Origin: Octopus sinensis | Taxonomy: Eukaryota | Length of the DNA: 64,000 nucleotides | Reading direction: 5' to 3' | Assembly: GCF_006345805.1 (NCBI RefSeq) | Contig: NC_043010.1 | Coordinates: 38,874,001 to 38,938,000, forward strand | In this document: piece after piece, positions 50,846-64,000 of the stretch | Numbering within the stretch: the first letter of the stretch is position 1 | Layout: the number at the start of each line of letters is the position of its first letter | Made by a program: the position numbers and the translations under genes | Notes under the pieces: generated by a model | The model's database searches: none | Told to the model about the DNA's origin: nothing | What the model saw: only the letters and a program-made list of their open reading frames with translations

Positions 50846-53451
50846 AATGACTAGCAATTTAGTATTTCTATTCTACCATAAACAAATTATAAGCATCAGA
50901 ATAGATACAAGTTAATTTTCTTCACTTATATAATCGAAGAAATAAATGAATTATAACAGACATAGCACTAGCCCTGGTTATGTGGTACTATAATGGTTTC
51001 CCAAAAGACGTGGTTCTGGGTTCTATGCCACTGTATCGTTTCTTCGGATAATGTCCTCTACTACAGCCTCGAGCTGATCAATCTTGCCAGTGCATTTATT
51101 AGGTAGAAATATATATATATATAATGTATATTTAAACACATACAGAATCTACTTATAGGGATTCTACGCATTAGAAAGAACAGCTAAGTTCTATGACCAC
51201 AAAAGATTCGGGATAAAATTCGACAGGAATAAATCTGGAAATGAAAAACATTTACCACCTAGTTTCCTGGACCAATTGGTTTCTAATCATCTTTTAGCGA
51301 GTCATGGAGAACTCACAAAGTTTGATTTTCTTCAGCAGCTTTTTGTAGCTTTTTTACGTTTAACTACCCATTTTCGTTCACCAAATGATAGTCCGATGCA
51401 TTTAGTTTTACTTGGACCGCCCTCAACCTTAATGTGATGGACTAGCCTCGCGTTTGTTCGTCAGTTATAAAATGGGATATTCTGGCTCGTTAAGTCCCCG
51501 GAGAGAAGAAAGTTTTTCTACGAGCAGCCACGGACGTTGGCGTGCAAACAATTTTGATTTCAAATGGCAGTTTTAAGTTTCAGCTGATTTCGAGACATTC
51601 TACTAACCTTTGAATAGAAGTAACCAGAATTAATGTGATACTGTATTCAGGCTTTTCTTTAAATTCAATTCCACATTTTGATTAAGATTTAAATATTTAT
51701 GTTTTAACAACTAAATGTTTTACCAGTTTGATTTATTAGATTTCCTTGCGGTCTATTGTAATTTGTCTCCGAATTCATTTATTATTATCTATCTTGAATT
51801 AATTGAACAGACCTTACTGCAACTCATACATCCGCATACATAACATACTGCTTTATATATATATATATATATGTGCGTGTGTGTGTGTGTGTATGTGTGT
51901 GTGTGTGTGTGTGTGCGCGTGTGAGTGATTACACACACACACACTAATAGATGTCTTCGAATGTTTGTATTTCCCCCCTCACTGCTTGACAACCGGTGTT
52001 GTTAACGATAGAATAAGTACCAGGATGTAAAACAATTCATCTGGGTGTCGATATGATCGTCTAATCTCCCGAAGGTCGTACACTAGTACGGCCTCAGTCC
52101 AGTGTTTGCGTCAATTAAGAAATAAAATACAAGATACCACCTGCAAACGTACAACAAATAACGATTTGGTGAAACAAAAGCTCCCATCATTGATCAGTTG
52201 CAATTGGGTGTTGCGCGTATACGATTATGCAACAGCGCTTATTGTCCATGTAACTCAGGAAAAAAGTATGGAACTAAATATGCCGCTTGTTCTTTACTGT
52301 TCTTACATTTGTTTCATTTGATTATCATCCTTTCACGTAAATGTAACTTTATTTAGAGGGCAAATAGTTTATTACCCTGCATGCGTAAATGAGAGCAGGG
52401 TATTATAATCACTTGTCTTTGTTTGTCTGTGTGTTTGAAAAAATTCTGGAAAATGGCTTAACGAATTTTCACCACATTTGGCAGAAATACTCATTAGGAG
52501 AGTGACTCGAAATGATGAACATTTGGTTTGATTATCTTTAAAAAAAAATTCCAACTTACAAATTTCGCAATACACAAGTGATCCAGTTATTTTGTTCACT
52601 TTCTTTTTCCTGATTCAGCCCTCGTCTGCATGTGTATAGATTATGGTGAATCTATGTGCGTAGGCACGTGTACGTGCATACATGCATGCATGTATACATA
52701 CATACATACGAATCTGTGTGTCTGTGTATGTATACAGATGGAATTCAAGGTTTCGTTTATTTACGAGTTGATTTCTTAACTCCACCGGAGTATAAATACT
52801 TATAATCATATCTTCATCTATGTCCTCCCACATCTATAATAGTGATAGCTAAAAAAGCAAAAATATTCTGTTCAATTAAAAGGCGTGTGTAAGCAACGCC
52901 TTGTAAGCCACACTATAATCTGCGAAAGCATTATCTAGGCCTCCGATGTCCTTTTTTTTTCATTAAATGGGGTGAGGTTAAAAATGATATTGAGTGAATC
53001 TTTTCATCGAAACCTAAAGAATTTTGCATCCCAGGGATCCAAAATTTGGCAATCAGATGAGATTATGTACTCAATAATGAGGAGAAATATGATACAATAT
53101 GTCAATTAAAACCAGTCCAAAGAAGCCCTTATCTGTCATCCATCTTGAAATGCGACGGGACTGTATGTATCTATACATACATACATACAGACATACATAC
53201 ATACGTACGTTCATGTATTTTCTTTCCTTCAAATGTAAGATCTCTTCCCTGACAGACGCTCGTCTCATTCTATGATGGAATCAAACTACAAACATTATCA
53301 TGGACCACCAAGCTTCCAGAAATAACTGTTGAATTTGTAATACAGTTACTCATCCTATTTAATTCTCTATATCATTAGTATTGTGTAAGCATTTGATAAA
53401 CTCTATATATTGATCTGTCTAAATTGCTTATCCCTACATTTACTTTATATA

Positions 53452-53968
53452 CCGTAAATCGAGTATAGTCCGCCCTTGAGTATAATATGCAGGGGATTTT
53501 TAGATGGGTGTACCTCTGAAACACCTAAACCTTGTGTATAATACACATTCCTTCTCTAACTTGAGTCGTGCGTAATTAAGCCAGCAGCATCTAGTCGAAC
53601 AAACACTTCCGCGCATGCGTAATACAGTAATGGTGATGTTCTTAACTGTTATATGGGAATGTAAATATATTCACAAATTGTTTTTTTTACAGTTATTCTG
53701 TGTTCTAAATACTTTTATCGTAATAAATGTTGCTTACTGCAAGGTATGGATGATTATTTTATGACTTCATTACTTTCAGGCTTAGCTTAAGGTATTTTCG
53801 CGCCCAACATCACAAAATGCGTCTGAATAAACATTGCCGGGCAGCAAATAGAGACTCAGACATTGCTTAGAAAACATTTTTCATTTTTAACCTCGTATAT
53901 AGTACGCACTAGGGATTTTGACCTTTAAATTTTGGGAAAAAAATGCGGATTTTACTCCAGGATTGACG

Positions 53969-53969
<1 letters not shown>
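53452..53969. mobile_element. MITE with CCGTA-type TIRs (Tc1/mariner-pogo superfamily by inference)
   Basis: Left ta|ccgtaaatcgagtatagtccgc; right (reverse complement) accgtcaatcctggagtaaaatccgc; subterminal gagtata repeats. Confidence 0.6.
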
Positions 53970-54011
<42 letters not shown>

Positions 54012-54687
54012 GTTACTTGACTTTAATTTCCTTAATGAATTTTCCCATAGTTCCTTATTAGCCTTCTATGTTTCGTTTAGAGCAATAGCATTTTAAAATC
54101 TATGAACATTTCAAGGCCTTGTTTGTGTTGTTTTAGCTGACGATTTTCTGTAGTCGACGCTATTTACAGAATTGAGATGTGGATTCTTCAATTAATTTTT
54201 AAATTATCGTAGCTGAAGAAAGTGAATTATCTCTAAAAAAAAGAGGTTTTAAGACTTTCTTCCATAAATAATGACTTTTATGCTGATGGTATCAGCATGT
54301 AACTTCAATACATTAATTAGGTAGGAAGAAATGCAAAAAATTTTGCGCCCAGAAATTAGGTCTAAAGACGTTTAATGACCTAATGCGGCGAATATTCTTC
54401 GTTTTAATTTTTTAAAACATCATCAATTAGAGTTAAGGCTTCTGCTTCTAAATTTGTCACCACTGATAAAAATATAATTAACATTCGTGTGAAAAACTAT
54501 GTCAATATTTGCACAGGCCTCTGCACATTTTGTTGGAAGAAAAGAATCGACCATATAAAAACAAACGCGCTATTTGATTAATAAGTAATTCATCAGATCC
54601 TACTCCCAAAGGAGGAAAGAATATATCAAACTCGGCAGGATTTGAAACTATAATACTGAAGTAATACATCGATACAGCAAAAGGAGT

Positions 54688-54895
54688 GGGGGCACAATGG
54701 CCCAGTGGTTAGGACAGCGGATTCGTGGTCGTAAGAAAGCGGTTTCGATTCCCAGACCGGGCATTGTGAGTGTTTATTGAGAAACAACACCTAAGCGTCA
54801 AGAGGCTTCGGCGAGGGTGGTGGCGAACCCCGCTGTACTCTTTCACCACAACTTTCTCTCACTCTTTCTTCCTACTTTTGCCACAAAGCAGAGGA
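54688..54895 (+). mobile_element. tRNA-headed SINE 5' part
   Basis: ggcacaatggcccagtggttaggacagcggattcgtggtcg...gtttcgattcccagaccggg. Confidence 0.8.
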
Positions 54896-57800
54896 ACCAT
54901 GTTGTAACCCAATATAGTGTGGTAAACTTTCAGACCTTAGTCCAGATGCGAATCCTCCAGAATGGTTCAGCTCTCCACCCGTTAAAAGCCACAGTTTACG
55001 GAATGATGATAACAACGTAGCTTTGGCGCCCGTGCAACCGCCAGTCTAACGTTGTGGTGGGTGGATCTTCAAGTTGCCACACGCATTCTTAGTAGCTTAC
55101 AGTAGGCTCCAATTATAGATTATTCTTTGTGGCTAATGGCGTGAGTTCTGAGTGGAAGAAGAAGACAGCAACAGTATTTTGTCTGACGCTTATCTGAGAA
55201 CGTAAACGGATCACAAAATTCATATTTAACCATTTCATAAATATACAGTATTCTTTCTCGTATACCGGCGTCTCTGTATTGATTCAGCAAGTACAGCACT
55301 CTTACATTGCAACGATCTGTTGAATCTGCTCATAAATTGCACTCATTTCTCGACTCTTTATCGATTCCCCAATTACATTTCCTTTGTCTTCATATTCCGA
55401 CATTTTAGTATTGCTACCAATGTACCCGGCTCACATTTCACATTAATATTTAAAAGCCGATTTTGTCGTATTTTAATGTTTCACTTCACTCTTCATTATC
55501 ATACAAAAATAATGAAAGAAAAAAATGAAAGAAACGCAGAATAATTAGCATGGAATTGAAATAATCTATGTTTTTGGTAATTTACAAAAATAAGCAACCT
55601 CGATAGAATAACACGTATTAAAACATACATGCAAACACACACACACACACACACAAAAAAAAAAAACAATACAAACAGTACAGCAACACAGTTGCACTCA
55701 TACAGAATAGCCATAAATTTTTCTTTGATGTTTCATTTTCTCTTTTATTCATAATTGTGAGGAAACGTCCATTTGGTTTTAATACAAAAATTTGTACTGC
55801 TTAATGAAACCAGGACACACGAGACTGAAAGAAAAAAAACAGAAATAAAAAAAAATATGCCGTGATTGTAGTTTTCGAATATTCAAATGGAAAAAAAAAC
55901 AACGGCGTTTATTAGAGGACTTTATTTGCTTTCATTGATGATCAAATAGATTATAATGCTTATTATTGTATGCAGAATGCACTTAGATTAACATTTAAAA
56001 AGATAGAAAAAAATGAAAAAGATAGTTTTCGTGATAATCTAAATGTTATTGCTCTGAAATTACCACTCATTTTATGCAGTCAAGAGAATCACAGTTCCAA
56101 AACAAGGAAACACGTCGTCGTATTTCATTGATGATTCCAATATTAATTTTGTATTGTAAAGCAATTTACAATAATCTGTATTCGTTGTCTTTCTTCACAC
56201 TCTTCGTCATATATGCACAAACATAAACAGATACACATAAACACGCACGTATACCTAACTGTGGGTCGGTTTGCACGTGTATTTATATCTAAATGCTAAG
56301 GAATCTAGCTGTGAGAAACTCTTTGTTTATCCATATATAAAAAAACCGTGAAAATAAGTTTACATTGTTTTACTTTTCTCAAAGCTAGTCTTTCTAGTAT
56401 TTAAATTTGCTTCAAGGCTGATTCTAACAGTGTTGGCAGATGGATCGTTTATATCATCAACCTCGGTACACCACTGGTAGGTTATTTTATTGAACCCAAA
56501 AGCATAGCGGCTAAATTTTATCTCTGCGGAAATGTAAATCTCAAACCGTAAAGAATCGCAAGTCATTTTGCTGTACACATAACACATTCTGCCAATTGTT
56601 TCTGGCCAATGTAAATTTGCTGGAAGAATATGGTCACTAAAATATCGGGAACAGTATTGGTACCTATTTTGCCCATTATTGATTACCGGTTATTGTTTGA
56701 CTGGCGAAATTCGAACCAGGAACATAAAAAGCCGCAACTAAATTCTGAAAACTATTTTGTTCGACACTCTAACAGATTCAATCGTTCAACGTTTTATTCC
56801 TAACTCTTAAATGAACTGAATTGTTCATATCTAAATAAGAGAAAGTAATTGTGTGGTCAGACATATAATAAAACCCTTATGCTCGATTAGAACTCGTATT
56901 AATGAATAAGCAGCCCAAGAGCAACAATACATTATCTATGTAGCTATTTATTCTACTTGCAGCACAATTGGAATGTTCTGTTTTATAGCTCTCACCATAT
57001 ACACTATTTCCATTTAGATTTCATACATTTTAAATCGTAAATAAAAAGTCTTTTATAGCGAGATTTTTTAATGTCTCCTTCTTTGGTTGATCTACCAAAA
57101 TACATTGTTAAATCATGTATAAAGAATACATTTGATAAATAAATGCTATAAAGTAACATTGCAGTAATGTAGTTGCTATTCGTTCTTCTTTTCTTCTTTG
57201 TGTATTTACTTTTCACATATGAAAACGAAGTTGTAGCATTTGTGGTGACTACTGCTTGTTGAACAAAATGTATTTTGCCATCACCTTCTTTTATGGTTTT
57301 AAACTCAGCTAACCGCATTTAGATTTTTGTTGTTCTAGCATAAAACGCTTCGTATCAAAACATTATGGCGCCAACCAATCACTGTTCGTTTATGGTTAAG
57401 TTAAGGTACTTGGTTACCTGGTCATGTGCAATGAACCTAAAGTTGTGTAACTTTAGTAAGTGCCGATAAAGAATGCTCCTTTGTTCTTTCGTGAAAGAAA
57501 GAAAAAGACAAAAATTTGAAATAACATTGATTTTTCAGGGGAAATGGCTGTTTTAATTCCCCCAACCCAGAAAAAACAAGAAAATAATAATGCAAATAAC
57601 AATAAAGTATATCAACTAAAATATTCCAGCATCAGTCACTAATTTGTTAATGCAAGTTTAGATTACATATAATTCTTGGGAAGGGTAATCGAGATGGCCG
57701 AAGGCGGTACAGACAACCGCTGTGTTTTTGTACTTTGGAGTTCATTCATGTTGTACTTTGGAGTTCATTCAGTTATTGATAGGCACGCTCCTAGAAAAAA

Positions 57801-58227
57801 TTTATTAACTTACATCAGTATATAGAATAAGTTCTGGGGAGTGAGGTAGACTGAACCGGTAAGTTTCGAGCGAACGGAGACATCGATGCGTCAACTGTAT
57901 TCAGGTGCAACTACTATTTCAAGCAACGCTTGCCTAATTCCTACTCGAGGTAATATATAACCATTTCAGTTGTTTTATATTGAACACTTTAAATATTGAA
58001 AAAGTTAAGCTAAATACAAATGTAAAGGTACACTCTCATCATAGTTGGAGTCGTTAGTTCAAAGCATGCTGTGTTTGTAATTATATATTAGAACATCATG
58101 GGTCAAGTAGCAGCATTAATCATTCCCCGCGATCAAATTCTCTCTGTTCATGCGTAAAATATGTCAATAAATTTAGCTGAGAAAATTGATTATAATCTCA
58201 TATTATGGTAGTTGTTGGTGGTGGTGA

Positions 58228-58287
<60 letters not shown>

Positions 58288-58294
58288 CATTATT

Positions 58295-59724
58295 CAGTAG
58301 TTTTATTTTTATAGCGTGCTTTCACTTCACTACCGAGCGCAGCTCTGTGTGCCTTGGGTATGTGCTGTGATTTGTTGTGATGCTCTGATGGTTATTGTAT
58401 GGAAAGTGTTCTGCGTAGGATGTGTGCAGTGCCTAGTAGTGCAATTTTCTGTATGTTATATGTGTTTGTAAGTCCTGGTGTTTTTGTTATGTATTTGTCT
58501 GAATATTTTTTTATCATGCCTAATGCACCTACTATGATAGGAATTGTTTCTGTTTTCAGATTCCACATTCTAGTTACCTCTATTTCCAGGTCTTTGTATT
58601 TTGAGAGTTTCTCCATTTCTTTTAGAGACACGTTGTCATCTGCCGGTATTGATACATCAATTAGAAAGCATTTTTTTTCTTCATGATCTCTGACAACTAT
58701 ATCTGGTCTGTTGGCTTTAATTTCTCTATCTGTGTGTATCGGCATATCCCAGAGTATGGTTGCTTTCTCGTTTTCTGTGACCTTTTCTGGTGTGTGCCTA
58801 TACCATCTTTTTTCTGTTGTTATTCCATAATGTTGGCATAGCTTCCAATGTATGTAGGTCCCAACTCTGTCATGTCTGTGAATATAATCCTTCTTAGCCA
58901 TGACTGGGCAGCTAGAGATAATATGATTTATTGTTTCTTGTCCATCTCCACATATTCTGCAGTTACTTGTAATATTTCTTTTCATTACATGTTTTTGGTA
59001 ATTTCTGGTGGGGAGGCTTTGGTCTTGTGCTGCAATTAAAAATCCCTCTGTTTCTGCTTTGAGTCCTGAGCTTCTCAACCATTGCTGGGATTTTTCTTTG
59101 TCTATTTCTTTTGCGTTTAGTTTAGTCCAGTATTTACCATGAAGGGGCTTTTCTTGCCATCGTTTTATCATGGTTCGTTGCTGTTCTATTTTTAGTTTGG
59201 ATTTCATTTGTTTTATAGCTTTTGTTGTTTCTTCATCTTCTTCTTCTTCTTCATGTTTATTAGGTGGTATGATTTCTTGTTTGATTTGTCAGCTTCCTTA
59301 AATACTGAGAACAGTTTTTTGTTTTGCTCGTGTTTTGCCGCTATCTGGATCAGTTTTCCTTCCTTCTGAAGTAGATATTTTTGCAGTCCTATGGTGGTTA
59401 TTTTATAGTAGTTTTCCAGCTGTATAAGGCCTCTACCACCTTCTATACGTTGTATATATAGTCTTTCTATGTCAGATTTTGGGTTATGCATCCTAGATCC
59501 TGTCATTATTTTTCTTGTTTTCCTATCTATTTTGGTCAGTTCATTTCGTGTCCAGTTAAGGATATTGTAGCTGTAACTTATAACTGGGACAGCTAAAGTG
59601 TTGATACCTATTATCTTGTTTTTAGCATTGAGCTCTGTGTTTAGTATTGATCTAACTCGTCTATAATATTCTTTTTTTATTTTCTCTTTCATTTGTGTGT
59701 GTTGTGTCTTATCTAGTTCATGGA
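58295..59724 (-). mobile_element. Dong/R4-type non-LTR retrotransposon, 5'-truncated (RT tail, CCHC knuckle, restriction-like endonuclease)
   Basis: ORF 58392-59207: ETEGFLIAAQDQ, CRICGDGQETINHIISSC, RHD, NRPDIVV..DVSIP..KLSKYKDL; upstream frame GGRGL; 3' end abuts (TAA)n. Confidence 0.92.
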
Positions 59725-59808
59725 TTGCACTACTAGGCACTACACACAACCTACGCAGAACACTTTCCATACAATAACCATTATTATTATTATTATTATC
59801 ATTATTAT

Positions 59809-60051
59809 TCAGTAGTTTTATTTTTATAGCGTGCTTTCACTTCACTACCGAGCGCAGCTCTGTGTTCCTTGGGTATGTGCTGTGATTTGTTGTGATGCTC
59901 TGATGGTTATTGTATGGAAAGTGTTCTGCGTAGGATGTGTGCAGTGCCTAGTAGTACAATTTTCTGTATGTTATATGTGTTGGTAAGTCCTGGTGTTTTT
60001 GTTACGTATTTGTCTGAATATTTTTTATCATGCCTAATGCACCTACTATGA
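59809..60051 (-). mobile_element. Second Dong/R4 3'-end copy within (TTA)n
   Basis: Near-identical to 58295-58537, flanked by (TTA)n on both sides. Confidence 0.9.
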
Positions 60052-60127
<76 letters not shown>

Positions 60128-60674
60128 GAGTGAGAGAGCAGTTCATGCCATCAAAGTGACACTGGGGTAAAATATACGAAGCCCAATATACCCATCATGA
60201 CTACCCGTCTGATAACGGTACACCAGGCACATGCATCACAACCATATGTGCGCGACATGATGATCTCATATCAAGATAAACAGCACATGACCTTGCAGGT
60301 GGGGCCCATTTAGAATTTTCTTCAAGTTGAGTAGCCCATCCCGCTGAAACGGTCCCTGAATAAGGGTTGTTTAAGGATGTTGAAAGAACCACCCATGTTT
60401 CCAGAGGTGAATTATTTAAACCCCAAAGAATCCCTCTCAACACATGCCTATGATGCTCCCCCACTACTTCTGCTCGTGATCAGAGATGCACATATCGTCA
60501 GCCACTAAGGGACATGCTCAACTGGTTAAGGTCAAACAACTGACAAGCAAATCTGTGGTATTGAGCAGAATATTTGCCGTAGCCCATCTTTTATACCAAG
60601 ACAAAACAATGTAACACTTCCAATCAGTTAAGATCAGAAGCCATGAGAGCCACTGCCTGGTACTGCATCAGGGC

Positions 60675-60676
<2 letters not shown>
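60128..60676 (-). mobile_element. Non-coding ~550-bp element inserted in (TTA)n (putative non-autonomous Dong partner)
   Basis: Unique sequence precisely bounded by (TTA)n tracts; no credible ORF; orientation and partner assignment are inference. Confidence 0.5.
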
Positions 60677-60745
<69 letters not shown>

Positions 60746-60758
60746 TTATTATTATTAT

Positions 60759-61110
60759 GGCGTGCTGGCAGAACTGTTAACACGCTGGACAAAATGCTAA
60801 GTGGCATTTCGCTCGTCTTTAGATTCTGAGTTCAAATTTTGCTGAGGTTTTCTTTGCTTTTTATCCTTTCGAGCTCGATAAATTAATGGCCAGTTGAGCA
60901 CTGGCGTCGATGTAATCGTCTGTACCCCAAATTTCAGTCTTTGTGGCAATAGTAGAATGGATTATCATTATTATCACGTCAGACAAAGTACTTAGCGGCA
61001 GTTTGTTCGTCTTTCAGAGCTCCAGTTCTACCCAGGCTCGCTTTGACTTTCATCCTTTTATGGTCGACAATATAAGTATTAGTTGAACAATGGCGTCGCT
61101 GTAATCGACA
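60759..61110 (+). mobile_element. Two tandem degenerate Meta-like SINEs
   Basis: ggcgtgctggcagaactgttaacacg...gctttttatcctttcgagctcgataaatt; second copy core ctttgactttcatccttttatggtcgacaat. Confidence 0.7.
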
Positions 61111-61308
61111 TATCACCCGCCATATCTGAGGAACAAACACAATATTGTTTGAGGAAGCTTTAACCACAGGCACCCGGTGGCTACAAGACCGTGATGTACA
61201 ATGAGATATTACTTTAGGTAAAGAGTAGCTAGTAACTAATCCCTTATTTTTAATACCACCAAATTCCTTGAACATTTATAATTAGTAACCAGTCAGACCT
61301 TCTATATA

Positions 61309-62450
61309 CGAGGGGTCGTTCATTACAGACTTCTCCTGACTCACGCCCAAGGACTGGGATAAACGAAACTTGGTATAATTATTAATCTTTTAACTTGGAA
61401 ATTACCATTTAACTCATTATCCAAAAAATGATTCCCCTTCGAAAAAGACTTGGTTGGAAAGAGATGGAACTCAGATGGTGCGATGTCGGGAGAGTAAGAT
61501 GGATGAGGAAGTATTTCATAGCCGCAGGTGTCTGCTTTCATCTCGGTAACATGCGCATTGTGAAATAGGGCATTTTGGAGGAGGTGGATTATATTGGTCA
61601 GCATGCCACGCCTTTCTCTTTTGATAGCGCCCCTCAATTTCTGCAGCGGAGACGCATAATATTCTCCATTTAAGGTGGTACTCTTTGCCAGAAAATCTAT
61701 CATCACTACTTCTCGCTTGTCCCAAAAGACTGTGAGGATCACCTTGCCTGCTGAGGGTCGGGCACGAGCCTTGTTTGGAGGTGGTGAGTTATCATGCTTC
61801 CATCGCTCCGACTGGACTTTAGTCTCAGGATAATTGTAATGACCCATGTTCCATCCTGTGTGATAAGTCGGCACCAAAAGTCCTCCTTGTTTTCTTGGCA
61901 CATTGCCAAAAGAACCGAAGAGCAATTAACTCGTTCCTGCTTCAGAAAAAAATGTGAGCATCCGAGGAATCTATCATGCAGGCATCTTCTGTGTGTGCAA
62001 ATGGTCGTGAATGATGTTCTCCACGGACCCTACACTTATTATCACACCTTGGGTAGTTGCCGAAAAGTTATGCGGTGATCCTCTAAAATGGTGGCTTCCA
62101 CTTTATGAAAGATGCGTCATCAACGGAGTGTGGCCGTCCGGGAATAGGAAGAGTATGCACCGATGTTCGACCACATTTTAACTGGTAATGACAGTGCTTG
62201 ACTCAGACGTATGATGGTGCATAGTCACGATAAATTTCTTTCATTTCATTGAAAGTGTCTTTTGGTGTACGACCTCTCAAGTACAAGTACGTGATCACTG
62301 ATCTGCATTCAACTGTCACCATTGTAATACCTTAGTCAACTTCAGCAGCCGTAAAAGACAAAACGAAAACTAGTGGTAAACTGCAATTTACAATGTGACA
62401 TGTAGAGACACGCATGATTATACCTATGCAAGTTTCGTTTCCTGCAATAA
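61309..62450 (-). mobile_element. Mariner transposon relic with decayed DD34D transposase
   Basis: ta|cgaggggtcgt terminus; ORF 61341-61925 with PSAGKVILTVFWD, T.NGEYY, HPSYSPDIAPSEFHLFP. Confidence 0.92.
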
Positions 62451-62803
62451 AAGAACGTGCGACAGTGGAAATATTTAATGTACACGCTTCGTAGATCCAA
62501 TTTAATATGTGACAGGAATAAGACTATATATAAATGAACAAAAATAGAAACAATAAAACCAGAATCAGTTCCATACTTGAAAATAGGAAAGATCTAGAGT
62601 ACTGGTAGAATAAGTGCGAATATATTTAATATGACGAAGCATACATTGAAGAGCGAAAGGAAAAGGAGAAAGTATAAATGGCTACATAAATAGCACAATA
62701 TGAACGTGATGTTATCTAAACGGATATAGACATCCTGTCACCTGCGACTCTATTGAGGTCCATTATGGTATCAAACACGAAGTTCACAGATATAATGTAT
62801 GTG

Positions 62804-62924
<121 letters not shown>

Positions 62925-63078
62925 CATACATATATATATATATTATATATGTATATACATACATACATATATATATATATATATGTATATACATACAAAA
63001 CACACACACACACACATATATATATACATATACACACACACTTACATCTATATATATATTTACATATATATGCATATT

Positions 63079-63139
<61 letters not shown>

Positions 63140-63143
63140 ATAT

Positions 63144-63210
<67 letters not shown>

Positions 63211-63240
63211 TATATATAGATAGATAGATAGATAGATAGG

Positions 63241-63357
<117 letters not shown>

Positions 63358-63394
63358 GGATAGCTATGTAGCAATTGAAGCTTCGAAGATATTT

Positions 63395-63620
63395 GTTAGC
63401 CATTCAAACAACAAACCGTTAGATTCACTTCAACATTTAGATTTACTTTGTGTCAAAACATTTTCGATGCTCTGAAACCGTGACCTGTTCACTGACAAAA
63501 CTTCGTGCTGCATCTGTCTGTTCTTAAACAAATTACAATCATATTCCACGTTGCAATTGTATTTGTTCCAGCACACGATCTCAGATCAAGTTACTTGCTA
63601 TGCAAGAGCTTCTCCGTAAC
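63395..63620. mobile_element. Second member of the 34399 fold-back family, most of the right arm deleted
   Basis: Shares aaaccgttagattcacttcaacattt..., gacctgttcactgacaaaacttcgtgctgcatct and ccagcacacgatctcagatcaag. Confidence 0.85.
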
Positions 63621-63654
63621 TTAATTTTCATTCGTGTCCGAATTTTTCATTGCT

Positions 63655-64000
63655 CAACCGGTATTACAGACAAACTTTATCCAGGACAGACACCAGCTGA
63701 CAGACCATATTTAACTAACAGAATATTTAATATGAAACTTAGGGATCTCTTGCATGATATTTTGAAGAAGTATGTTTGGGGAGAGGTTACATGGTACATG
63801 TAGACTATAGAGTTTCAAGGTGGTGGACAATTTCATTGTCATATATTCATATTAAAAAAATGGTCCAGAACATTATGATAAATTTGTTAATGCAGAACTT
63901 CCAAATTTACAAACACAACCAATTCTGTTGCAGCATATCACCAAAAGCATGTTACACGGTCCATGTGGAAGAGATAAACCCAATGCAACATGCATGGTTG
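63655..64000 (+). mobile_element. Helitron Rep (HUH) domain pseudogene, running off the window end
   Basis: PGQTPADRPYLTNRIFNMKL..., stop, TIEFQ..HCHI, DKFVNAELP, MLHGPCGRDKPNATCM match Helitron Rep motifs (EFQ.RG.PH.H, SAEIP, HGPCG). Confidence 0.9.

Noticed and set aside
57004-57318. 104-aa minus ORF (AEFKTIKEGDGKIHFVQQ...)
   Set aside because: No domain match I can recognise; weak splice context.

Overview
AT-rich, microsatellite- and transposon-saturated animal genomic DNA with one 100-N scaffold gap (24780-24879). The SINE repertoire (tRNA-headed CORE-like and Meta-like families with internal (TA)n/(CA)n) and repeat style point to an octopus or other coleoid cephalopod; this is inference, not a database match. 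I cannot identify an intact host protein-coding gene. Nearly all listed ORFs are microsatellite read-throughs or decayed transposon frames; one ambiguous exon candidate lies at about 17.6-17.9 kb. Recognisable elements are two CR1-type LINEs, an RTE fragment, a Dong/R4-type LINE stack in (TTA)n, a Penelope-like relic, three Tc1/mariner relics, MITEs, a non-autonomous Helitron, a Helitron Rep fragment and many SINEs. The main unexplained signal is RNA structure: a set of type I hammerhead ribozyme (HHR) motifs read by eye. The best case is a ~485-bp tandem repeat (8224-9238) carrying one complete HHR per monomer plus ~44 bp of terminal redundancy, a retrozyme-like architecture that could yield a ~486-nt (circular) RNA. 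Other canonical or decayed HHRs lie at 32741, 33896, 36171, 44441, 45235 and 46350, several inside or next to fold-back repeats typical of Penelope-like termini. No CRISPR array, rRNA or bona fide tRNA gene is supported.
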